A stretch of DNA of 64,000 nt from Lingula anatina (taxonomy: Eukaryota; Animalia; Brachiopoda). The position numbers and the translations under genes are program-made. The stretch covers positions 26,664,848 to 26,728,847 of the forward strand of contig CM120643.1 of the NCBI GenBank assembly GCA_051362555.1, read 5' to 3'. The notes below the pieces were generated by a model. That model was given only the letters and a program-made list of their open reading frames with translations. It was not told the DNA's origin and ran no database searches. Shown piece by piece: positions 12,607-23,238 of the stretch. The stretch's first letter is position 1, and each line of letters begins with the position of its first letter.

Positions 12607-14263
12607 GGCCAGTAGTAGGGTAAACTACGCTTAAAATCATGTTTTTGAGTTTTTTTTGTGTGTTCATATTAATAAAAAAAGTATCTAACGTTGGATGTAA
12701 TGATTTTTTAAATTCGCACCGCAAAATGTCTTTTTGATGAGTTTTCAACTGGCACGCGCCCCAGTCAGGCTGACGACTAAGTCACGCTTCTGTTGCTAAG
12801 GGCCGTTGCCATGAGGGGGCAGAGCATAGTTAATGAGTTATAAGCCAATTACGTGTGCGGTAATAGGTCATAAGTCTTACATCAGCTTAGCAGTGAAGAA
12901 GTCAAGTACGCTATGGGGAAGAGAAAAGTTCGTGTCAAAATGCATTTCCAGAGGAAAGAAAGAAAATCAGACCTATTCATAAAATAATTAATAAATTCAT
13001 GTTGGCCTAAAGTACGGTGAATGATCTGGTATTAGACGCAATCCACAGTAAAATGCCGAGGCAACTTTTACATGCTTCAAAAGCTATGAATAGATACTTT
13101 TTTACAATCGACACGCTCGTGGTTTCAAAACTCACTCACACTCTACTCTGTCATTTTATTCAAAAGCCTTCCCTCAGCCACTTTTACTGCTGATTCTTGT
13201 GCAGCTGAGCGTCTCCCCTTTATCTTAGCTGGCATTTCGAGAGATACAGCTCTGACGTAATCACTGGATTTTCCTTTGACCTGACAATTACCAAATGCTG
13301 TGAAAACAGTCCTGCAGCGTTACCTGTCAAAAACTCGTATTAACACAAGTGACGGCCACGAGCTCTCGACAGACAGTTTCATCCGATCACTTTGCCGATA
13401 ACAGAGAAGTAAATCTCCCAGGAAAAATTACTCGATTGCCGAGGAAGACCCATTGAAACGTTCAAATGTAACTTCACACCTCTTAACTGCGGTTGCACGT
13501 AATCGCCTTTGTTAGCGTTTCCTTCTACATATCCTTGACACCCTACTCGACATCACTAGGCTAAGGCCCTCTCCAGAGCTGTCAATCAAAATGGCGGCAC
13601 GCTTACTGGCATTTCAAAGCACCCAAACAAAATATTTTTAGATGACAAAGAGCAATAGTTCCATCTGATCGTATAACCGATAACAGGTAAATTTCTCAGC
13701 TAAGCATTTGACTAATAAGCTCTGTTAACCAACCTGTGAACGTTTTTGGATGTTTTAACAGCTTTCCAGATTGACGAGATAAGTGGATCGGTTTCAGGTA
13801 TATCTCCCTATCTTTATAACCGATCGTTACGAAAATTGCACTAATTGCTGTTGAAAATGTGGACTACTGTCTGATACCAGGGGTGTTGGTGGAAATTGTT
13901 TGTTTGAAAGTTATCGTCTTTTGAAGTTAATAACCCATTGAAATATGGGGTAATTTAACGTAAAAGACGATAAAATCAAAAGTAAATAGTTTAAGACAAT
14001 TCCCTGGTACCCGATTGAAGTGCTTTCAATTAGCTTTATGAGGTTGTTTGAATCACTTGAATAGCTGTCTTGGTTAAAGAGAAAATCCCAATTCCGAAAA
14101 CGGCATTTTCCCACCAAATTGGCGCTATAGCGTCATCCGTTGGGCACTGCACTTAATCTCTGTCTTTAATTGGCCTTTTGGGAAGTATGTTTTAATTTTT
14201 GATAAAAACTTTTAAGCCCAAGGCATTGTTTCTATGCCTTTGGTCGTTTTACTACTAGTGGCC
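12607..14263. mobile_element. Non-autonomous Kolobok-like DNA transposon (~1.66 kb)
   Basis: TTAA|ggccagtagtagggtaaac ... gttttactactagtggcc|TTAA. A TTAA TSD with GG/CC ends fits Kolobok rather than piggyBac. No intact ORF. Confidence 0.6.
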
Positions 14264-14725
14264 TTAAAGTTACTTGAAAACAAAACTCACTGAGATGAGT
14301 CACATGTTATATTAAAAAAAAGGAAAAGGTATATTACTGCTTTAAGAAAAATATTTTTAACCAAAAACTAATTTGTCACGAGGTGTCAAAATGATACTGC
14401 AGGCTATACAACTTGATATCATGTTTTTTTTAATTATCAACTTACATCAACTAGCAAAAACGCGGTCGTGATCTTCAAAGTCACCCTTCTTCTCTAATTT
14501 AATAATGTTATGAACATAAGATACTTTGCGTGTCATATCTGAAAATAACTTGAACGGAATTTCATTGTATTTGGCAGGTAGTAACAGGTAACACATCTGA
14601 GATGCAACAGTTATTATTATGTGACAGGACACATCTACGGCCATGTGAAAATATTGAAATATACAAACTGGTGCATTCAGACAAATATAAATTTATTAAC
14701 TACGTACATATATGTATATGTGCAC

Positions 14726-14892
14726 CAGGCCCGTAGCCAGGGGGGTTCGGGGGGTTCGAAAGAACCGCCCCTTTTGCTGGGAAAAGGTCCACTCTGGGTA
14801 AAATTTGATCTAGGTTCATGAAGTTTTTATGGGAAAAGGTCCACTTTTTCAGAAAAAGAACCCCCCTTTTGAAATTGCTGGCTACGGGCCTG
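14726..14892. mobile_element. Short MITE (CAGG-terminated)
   Basis: TIRs caggcccgtagccag / ctggctacgggcctg flanked by a TGCAC direct repeat; internal repeat 'gggaaaaggtccact' occurs twice. Confidence 0.75.
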
Positions 14893-15640
14893 TGCACACA
14901 TCAAAATATATGTATTAACCAGTTGTAAAATAATCACAAAATAACTGGTGCGTGAAGTTATTACTGGTACTTGAATATAATCTTCCACTGAGCTAGTTTC
15001 TCTATGCCATAGGAGAACGCAAAATTAAGGCGTGACATTTTGCACATCAAATCTTTTTTCACGACAACTTAAAAGCTCGTGCTACAAAGTCATGCAAAGT
15101 TTCGTGATTAGGTTTAAGTTGTTTCTGATTAATTTTTCTCAAGTGTGAGTTTCCTACTAAAAACAGCAAGCGTCCTCATATGAAGAATTAGCAAACAGTC
15201 ATAAAATGCTCTCAGCCTGAAATCTCTACGCTAGGCCATAAGGTCAGATGACACTTTTTTATGAAACGATATTTTCGTGTAGCGGACATAATTCGAGTTA
15301 AAGCAAAACTTTATCACATTTAGGGCATTCACAGACTTTTATGTACTACGAAAATTAATTTTCCTGGTGAAATGTCTTCCTGATCACCATTTTATATCTT
15401 ATCTTATTGTTCAGAAGATTAAAGAAACACGCGTTACTATTTCTAACGAGTCGCGTAAAATTTACCGGCCTCTTCTCTGTTTCGAAAATATTGAAAATAA
15501 AAAATGGTTTTTATAAATAACAATTTTCGTAATGGTATTTAACACTATGTGTTGAAAATTCTAGACGTTAATTCTTTTACCAGATTTAGTTCCAGTAATT
15601 GACTGCATGACTTGAATTAACTTGTATCTTCCATGTAATG

Positions 15641-17146
15641 TTACTGTGAGTCCTGTGTGTCTCCAGTCATGTGAAGACAACAATCTGTTTGAAGCGTGAC
15701 TGTGTCGATGGTCATCTCTTGTGCATGTGCCTCTGACGTCATCATTGTGATATCCTGTTGAGATTGATCGTCAGTGTAAGTGATACATGTAACAGCAATC
15801 TCGTCAGAGAGGTACCCACTCTCTTGTCCATGTGACAGCAAATCTTCTCGAGTTTGTTCATTGGTGAGACAAGTCTCTTGTGCCGTGATCGTTTTAACGC
15901 GCTGACGTTTTGATTGTGACGTCATCAATTTACCACATGAAACCATTCTTTTAAATTCTGTTCTATACCTACTGCCGCTGATACAATAAAGAAGGAAATT
16001 GGACGCGTGGTTCAAATAAAATAACACAATAAAAAAAGAATGTGCAATGGAAATTCTAGCACGTGCGTCTAAGCTCGTCTCCTTGTAGATGTCAATGATG
16101 CCGCACTGCATAAAGCTGTCACCTGACGTCATCAACAAAAATGCAAACGTCACAAAAAGCAACATTTTTGTCATCGATCTCTGTGAGTCTACACACCTGC
16201 CGCTTATTACAGACATTTTCAGGACAGTTTTTCTGTGCTGCTTCACTTCACGGATCAGAAGAGTATTAATTACAGGCAGCGCTGAAATAGGCAGTAGCCA
16301 GTACAAGGACAAGGAAACCCATACATTAACATATGCAAAGTAGAGGGTGGTCCCATCTGTGTGATTGACAAGTAGGTCTCGACTGTCATGGTACATATTC
16401 CAACAGAATGGTTTGTCACAGGCGGTGAAGAAAATATCAGCTAAAAAGATGGGAATGTTGATGGCTACGATAAGCAAGCTGATAGCCGCGACGTAGATGA
16501 ATATTTTAGATGGGGAACAGAGGCTAGAGGATTTCATCGGATATCGCAGTTTAATCAAACGTTCTGCGCTCATGCTGACCAGAAGAACGGCGCTTATTTC
16601 AGGGGCGCAATATATAATGAAAACCGCGAATTTACACACGTACTGATTCGCTGTCATGACGCTATAATTTAACTCGTACTCCAACCAATAGAAAAACCCT
16701 CCTAACATGACAAGCAAATCCGCTACAGCCACCCCGGTTAGAAAGATGCACGTGGTGTTCTTTCGCAATGTTGGTCGTCTAAGCACACACATTGCTAGAA
16801 TATTGAAGATAAGACCAGTGACGTATATTATGGGTCGGCCATAATAACGAACGCCGTTGGCAAGACAAGCCAGAGAATTTTCGGTGATCCTGCAAAGCTG
16901 AGATCCTGTCAACGCGCTGTCGTATATTATCTTCGTGCAGTTTAACAGAAAGGTTGTATTCATCAGGTTCTCATCATCTGTCATATCTCTGACGTCACTT
17001 TCGGTGTTGAACAGACGAAGCAGTGACGTCACAGCTGACGTGACCTCTGCCTCTGCTGCTCCCATATTCAGCATACCAGAGAGCCCCTCACATTCCACGG
17101 ATCTTTTCTTTACATAGTAGTTTCCGCCACGAACGTATCTGTCACA
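15641..17146 (-). CDS. Rhodopsin-family (class A) neuropeptide-type GPCR, FMRFamide/TRH-receptor-like; 7TM region in one exon
   Basis: 485-aa ORF with seven hydrophobic helices: TM1 GLIFN, TM2 AVADL, TM3 SAERL (DRY variant), TM7 NHASNFLLYCISGSRYR. Frame stays open to a tttcag acceptor at 17147-17148. True start uncertain; first in-frame ATG ~17074. Confidence 0.9.
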   Translation of the reverse strand, partial: CDRYVRGGNYYVKKRSVECEGLSGMLNMGAAEAEVTSAVTSLLRLFNTESDVRDMTDDENLMNTTFLLNCTKIIYDSALTGSQLCRITENSLACLANGVRYYGRPIIYVTGLIFNILAMCVLRRPTLRKNTTCIFLTGVAVADLLVMLGGFFYWLEYELNYSVMTANQYVCKFAVFIIYCAPEISAVLLVSMSAERLIKLRYPMKSSSLCSPSKIFIYVAAISLLIVAINIPIFLADIFFTACDKPFCWNMYHDSRDLLVNHTDGTTLYFAYVNVWVSLSLYWLLPISALPVINTLLIREVKQHRKTVLKMSVISGRCVDSQRSMTKMLLFVTFAFLLMTSGDSFMQCGIIDIYKETSLDARARISIAHSFFIVLFYLNHASNFLLYCISGSRYRTEFKRMVSCGKLMTSQSKRQRVKTITAQETCLTNEQTREDLLSHGQESGYLSDEIAVTCITYTDDQSQQDITMMTSEAHAQEMTIDTVTLQTDCCLHMTGDTQDSQ

Positions 17147-17835
17147 CTGAAAGAGAAATGATACCGTACTTCAAATATTGCCAGGCACACAGAGAAGCGT
17201 GACCAAATCTGATGACGCTGAGTAAGTGATAATTCCATAAACTAAATAGAACCATTCCCTGGACGCTGAAATCGAAGAATAACTGAACTACAATATCTAA
17301 AACAAACGAGAATAATTAAATGTTTTATGTTGACAACATGACTTTTGCAAAAAAAATCACATAAAGTAATTTTTGTAAGTGGGTTATATAATATGGTGTA
17401 GGCCAATAATGTACAGTATATCTTTGTAGTTCGTCTATTATAGACATACTACAAGGACTAAATACGACCAAATAAAGAATGGGAAATGAATTTTATACTG
17501 TCATGGTACTCCGATGTTTTGTTTGTTTTACGTGACAACAGTAGAAAATCAGTACAGTCACCAGAAAAATTCTGAGTTACTTCAGGGCCTATGATTGTTT
17601 CGACTGTTGCTGCACAATTTGCAAATACCGTTTACAGTGGCGGGTTTAGAGGTTGAGGGGGAGGGGGGGGGGGTCAGGGGGATCTACCCTAAGATCCACC
17701 AACGAAGCTTCTGCGGCTCCGTGGTAATTTCGCTGTCTTAAACACATCTATACTCTTGTGCGCGGGTTCGAATGCTAGAGTGTTTAATGCAGTATTTTTG
17801 CTAGATATGATTTCTGAAAATTGCATTTTACTATA

Positions 17836-19475
17836 CAGGGTTACTACATAATATGGAATATTATCTTTTGGCAAGCAAATTTTCTACAAAATATTTATTT
17901 TCTCTCTAACTATTTTAAATCCAATATTGAGGTGTCACTCCATGTGTAGCCTGGTGTGTTACCTAATTACCACACAACTCTCGAAACAATTGATGCATGC
18001 AGTTGCATGTTCTGTGGTCAGAAATGTGAGGGGTGGTATTTTCGGCAATTTCTGCCCTTGTAATAAAACGCATGGGTTTGGTCAATCTTTGGAGTGTATT
18101 TAGAGAAGCAACAAAGGGGTCGCTCTGAAACTTGACAGGTACCTAAGAAAAGATATGGTTCGACAGCTGAGCAACACAGCTTACTATGGGATTCTTGCTC
18201 TCAGAGAAAATGGCCAGAAACGGACAGCCATTGCCAATCAATTCAACATTTATCAGGAACCGTTTGTAAAGTCCTCCAACGAAATGCTGTAACAGGGGCA
18301 CCTACTCCAATACCTCGACCAGGGTGTCCGTGTATCACACCAAGAAGACAGGGTCGCCTTCTCCTTAGAGTGCTCCGTGCTGGTTGTACAAAGACAACCA
18401 GTGTCCTCAGAAGAGAGTGGCAGAATGTCATTCTAACGCCCGTTTCATGGTCCCCCGTGAACAAAAGATTACTACAAGCCGGATATTTTGCACGAAGACC
18501 AGTAGGAAAACCACTGTTAACAGCAGGTCATATACAGCGACGTATGCAATGGGCTGGGGACCACGTGCGTTTGCATCCAAAACACTGGAATCACGTCGTT
18601 TTCAGTGATGAGGCCAGATATGGATTTTTTAGGGTTGACGGTCGAATCCGTGTCCGCCTATGTGTACGAGAGGCATAACACAATGATTGTGTACTGCCTA
18701 GGGTGCAAGCAAGGGGTGGGAACGTCTCTGTTTGGGGAACATTTTATACCGGTGCTCAGAACCAGTTGGTTTTTCTAGGAGGCAACCTCAACCAGGATTC
18801 CTACAGAGACATTCTACAGCAAACAATGCTTCGATTTGTAAGAGTCATCTTCAGGAACAACTTTGTGTACCAAGACGACTGCGCAACGCCTCATCGAGCT
18901 CGCAGAATCACTGTTTTTCTTCAAAACCAATGGGTTCAGCAACTGCCCTGGCCTGCAAACTCCCCAGATATGAACCCAATTAAAAATCTGTGGGCGGAAG
19001 AACTCACAGAATTAATAGCTATGGTCATTGGCCGGTAAAAGTGATGAAATGGGGCAGGCAAATATCACTGCGTGGAATGATATCCCCATCCAAACTCTTA
19101 AAATCTTGTCACAGGGTATGCCATGTAGGATGAGGGCGCTGCAAGCGGCTTCTGGAGGTCATACCCGCTAGTGATGACTTTTCATGATTAACTGTAATGA
19201 GTTCTTTGACTGTGTAACATATCAGTGTCCGGAGGAGATCATTTTCTTTAATATCTTAGCTTAAAGTTAATACTGGCATCAAACTGGGGGTGTTCTTTTC
19301 TTTTGAATGACATCTTATGTCAGATTTGATATTATTGACCAAAATATCTCACAATAGAAGACTGGACATTTTTCTCACCCAATGACATACTTTTTTGATG
19401 AATCAAGCTAAAAAAATTAATTAGCACTCAAAAATGACAATGATAAAAAATATTCCATATTAAGTAGTAACCCTG
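17836..19475 (+). mobile_element. Tc1/mariner (Tc1, DD34E) DNA transposon, decayed
   Basis: TA|cagggttactacataatatggaatatt ... aatattccatattaagtagtaaccctg|TA; 1640 bp. Confidence 0.92.
18155..19171 (+). pseudogene. Tc1 transposase pseudogene
   Basis: HWNHVVFSDE, VWGTF, YQDD.ATPH, WPANSPDMNPI(K)NLW, ending GGHTR*. 34 residues separate the second D from the E position, which is now K. Contains frameshifts and an internal stop at 18676-18678. Confidence 0.9.
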
Positions 19476-19603
19476 TAGGTCGGCCGGTGGTGTGATATAT
19501 TTATTTTAGAAACCGAAGGGTGGGTCAGCCCCCCACCCTGACCCGCCTCTAAATCCGCCACTGATTCATACAGTTCTTGGGGTTACCCCACAGTCGACAT
19601 TTC

Positions 19604-20487
19604 AAATGGCAAAGACTACTCAAAATTTAAACCGCTAAGGTGTGAACCGCTTTGGCTTTCATCGTGCTCTATAACGTCACAGGTAAAGTCAAAATAAGTG
19701 TAATCTCAGTGTAAAACAAAATGAAACTAAAAGCATATGAAGTCATCTAACTAGGAACGTTCCGGGCAGACTTATCAATAAAAGCGACCAAACTTGAATT
19801 GATTCAGTAGCTTTCTCGCCATAACAACACCTCATGCAGTAGCGGATTTAGGGGGTTCTTGAAAAAAAGATCACACCAATTTTATTCCCTTGAAATTAGA
19901 AATTTTATTAGCTGATTCATAGTTCTAAACCGTACCAAATGGCGCCGTTTGCCCTCTCAAAGACTCCAAGAGGACCGAGGGTCGACTTCTTATCCGAGGC
20001 CTGTCATTTCTAAAAAAAATCAAACATCCTCGATCTGCTCCATTCAAATAATCCTGGATTCGACCCTGGAGAGATTGTCAATTTAATGTTTGATTATTAC
20101 GTAAGATTGTCACCGAAATGGCTGACCTTTGGGTGCCTTGGAGCCATTGAAAGAGAGTAGCCCCTCCCCCCTGGACGAATTACCTGTAAGAACCCGATAA
20201 AGTGGCACGGTAAACAGTGACAGATTTAGGGGGTGTCAGTGGGGGCCTGACCCCCCCCCTTCGATATCTGAAAAAAATCACACAATGGTCTCCTCTTGAA
20301 ATTAGAATTTTGACTAGCTGAATCATGGTTTAAACCATACCAAGTGCCGCCGTTCGCTCTCAAAAAATACCATTTTTCGGTCCGTTCAGGGGGCCCCGGA
20401 CCCCACGCCAAGGGGGGAGGGAGGTCGACTTCGTATCGGCAGACCCCCCCCCCCCCCCCCACTCAAAAAATCCTACATCCGCCCCTG
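19604..20487 (+). repeat. Local duplication, copy 1 (copy 2 at 21502-23238); contains MITEs ~19838-20068 and 20216-20487
   Basis: 'aaatggcaaagactactca...ttcagtagctttc' and 'aaagtggca.ggtaaacagtg..gattt...atccgccc' recur in the same order in both copies. Confidence 0.75.
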
Positions 20488-21501
20488 TCATAGTAAAGAA
20501 TAATCTGTCTAGGAACGCACCGTGTCGGCTTCTCAAATAAGTGCTCGTTTAACAACGTTGATGATAATACCGTGTTCGCGAACTGGCGTTGCGTTGGATG
20601 AAATACATATGTACGGCTCACGGCCTATTGATTGTTATGGCCGATATATACATGTACAGCCAATCTGGCTCTCTCTGTGAGAAAGTAGAAAGTTACCATT
20701 TGATCCGCATTGTACTAACGAAGTCTCTCTGGCTCCGTGGTAACGCGGCCGACTCAGACACCGCTCGACACACGTAAGCAAGTTCGAATCCTAAGGTTTG
20801 CAGTGTGACTTTCTTTTACTCGAAATAATTTCTTAAAATTGCGTTTAATTACCATAAGAGGAAATTCGTACATAGGGAGGGTGGGCGGTTCAGCCACGGA
20901 GCAGTCGGTAGCGTGCTTGGTTACAATACCCACCAAACCATCAACAAACCAAGGTTACGTCAAGTCACGAGCTCAAATCCCAGATGACGCATGTCAGTTC
21001 ACCACAACAACCAACTGGACCCGCAAGCGAAAACGAATGCAGGTTCTCGTGTGTCCAAGCAAATTACCTTTTGCATAAAAATCCGGTATAGTTTAGAAGT
21101 AGTGATCGATTTTGACAACAACTTAATGCTCGTCATTATGATATGGCCTCCATCGTCAATTATATTTCTTTTCTCTTTCCTCTTTTTAAAGTCTTTAAAA
21201 TGATACTTAGGCGGGGAAGGTCAATGATCGCTATCCTTTGCCAACTACGCAACAGATCAAATTGAGTCAATACCTTACCCGACATGGCGTCATGTATGTC
21301 ATACAGCCCTTTCATAAAAAGTTATCTGCTCGTCAGGATTATCAGCAAGGAAAGATTTATTCAAAAGTTACATTGCCGCTATTGCTTTGCCTACTCATAC
21401 ATTTTGTTTTTTTATGCCCCCCCTCCCCCCATTTGGCCTTGCTTATCAAGATTGAACACATATTCATACAGTACCCGGGGCAAACTCGCACTGAACGTTT
21501 G

Positions 21502-23238
21502 AAATGGCAAAGACTACTCACAACTAAAACCGCAAATTTGTGAACCGATTTGGCTCACATTGTGCTCTATCACGTCACAAGTGAAGTCAAACGTGAACTC
21601 AGTGTAAAACAAAATGAAAATAACAGCATCTGAAATAATCTAACTAGGAATGTTCCAGACAGGCTTATAAAGTGGCGACATAACTTGAATTAGTTCAGTA
21701 GCTTTCCCGTTATCGCACCACGTCATACCACCTGTTAACTGCGGTCAGTTGAAAAAAATGGTATCTTCCCCGTAAAACCCCCTTAAAACCCCCTTTACAC
21801 TGGACGGCGTCCTTTCTGCGTCCTTTGTGCGACCATGAAACTGGCCAGGACGCCGTTGGACGCTCAAAGAACGCACGGTGATCGCCAAGATCGCACAAAG
21901 AACGTTCAAGCATCGCCGAGGTCGCCATGGACGCCGCGAAGTTTTGAGCATATTCAAAACAATCGCAGAGAGAACGCGATGGAGGATGGACGCTGCAAGG
22001 TCGCTCAATGGACGCAGAGAGGAAGCACAAGCATCACCGTGGTGGCAGAAAGGATACACAAGCATCGCCGCGGTCGTAGAAAGGAGGCACAATCATCGCT
22101 TTGGTTGCAGGATGAAAACTCAAAGATCGTCCAGTGTTCGGCACGTAGAATTTTTTTTTACTCTCAAACGGGGCCGTGCTAATGTATTTTTTACCAGACA
22201 GGAATTCTAAGGGCACCAGTGGTCTCATATCAGCCTCCAATTGTTTTTTCCCCTAAAATTCATGAACAGATCAATATTTTGGAGGTAATTATAAAACGAA
22301 CATTTTTTACAAGATGTAGTAATTGTCAGAACTTTTTGCAGAATGCGTCATCTGAAAACGGATTCAAACATTCTATGTTGTGTCAGTCATACTTTCTCGT
22401 TTTCGGCGCCTGTCCATCCTTCTTATAAGGATAACTATGAGCATCTGGATGATTATCAGTCCATGCAGACCTTGTAGTTTAAAAAAATTTATTCCCATTC
22501 ATTTGTTTTGTTTTTTGGAAATGTTTTTAATTGGATGACCTGGTTAAAACCGATGAAAAAATAGAGTTAGAATATATCGAAGGACGCCCAAGCAACGTTC
22601 ATCGGTCAAGCAGGATGCAGAATGATCGTAGAATGGACGCCACTGATCGCCGATAAAGGTACAGAGAACGCAGCAAGGATGCTCATTGGTCGCTCAAACA
22701 TCGCAATGGACGCCATGGGTTGCACAGGGGACGCACAGGGGAGGCAGGCTGGTTGCTCACTGGATGCACAGGTCGCTCGCAGTTTTACAGGTAAAATCAA
22801 GATTCGGTCGTTCAAAGGATGCACAGCGGACGCAGACGCCTTTCCACTGAGGCACGATTTAATTGCCTTGTCGACCGCTGAGCGTCCTGACCACATTTTT
22901 GATCGCAGAAAGGACGCAGAAAGGACGCCTTCCAGTGTAAAGGGGCCTTAAAGTGGCATGGTAAACAGTGGCGGATTTAAAGGGGTGTCAGTGGGGGCTA
23001 ACCCCCCTTCGATTTCTAAAAAAAGAAAAAAAAATCAAAGCAATGGTCCCCTCTTGAAATTAGAATTTTGACTAGCTGAATCATAGTTCTTAGCCGTGCC
23101 AAGTGCCACCGTTCGCCCTCTAAAATACCATTTTTTCCGGTCCCTTTAGCGGTCCCCACGCCAAGGGGGGGGGGGGGGGGTTGACTTCGCATCCGCGGAC
23201 CTCCCCCCCCCCCTTAAAAAAATCCTAGATCCGCCCTG
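21502..23238 (+). repeat. Local duplication, copy 2; contains a Harbinger-like insertion and MITE 22966-23238
   Basis: Colinear with 19604-20487 apart from indels. Confidence 0.7.
21787..22948. mobile_element. Non-autonomous PIF/Harbinger-like element (~1.16 kb)
   Basis: TAA|aaccccctttacactggacggcgtcctttctgcgtccttt ... aaaggacgcagaaaggacgccttccagtgtaaaggggcct|TAA; GC-rich subterminal 'ggacgc' repeats; absent from the paralogous copy at ~20198. Confidence 0.8.

Larger units (their letters stand above)
17635..19563. mobile_element. CAGTGGCGG-type MITE split by a nested Tc1 insertion
   Basis: Outer TIRs cagtggcgggtttagagg / cctctaaatccgccactg enclose the Tc1 element. No TSD seen. Confidence 0.65.

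Noticed and set aside
16089-16343. Antisense ORFs over the GPCR (also over the C1q and VWC exons)
   Set aside because: Shadow ORFs of real coding exons.
21710-22951. Cluster of overlapping 100-115-aa ORFs on both strands
   Set aside because: By-product of the GC-rich subterminal repeats of a non-autonomous element; no transposase motif.
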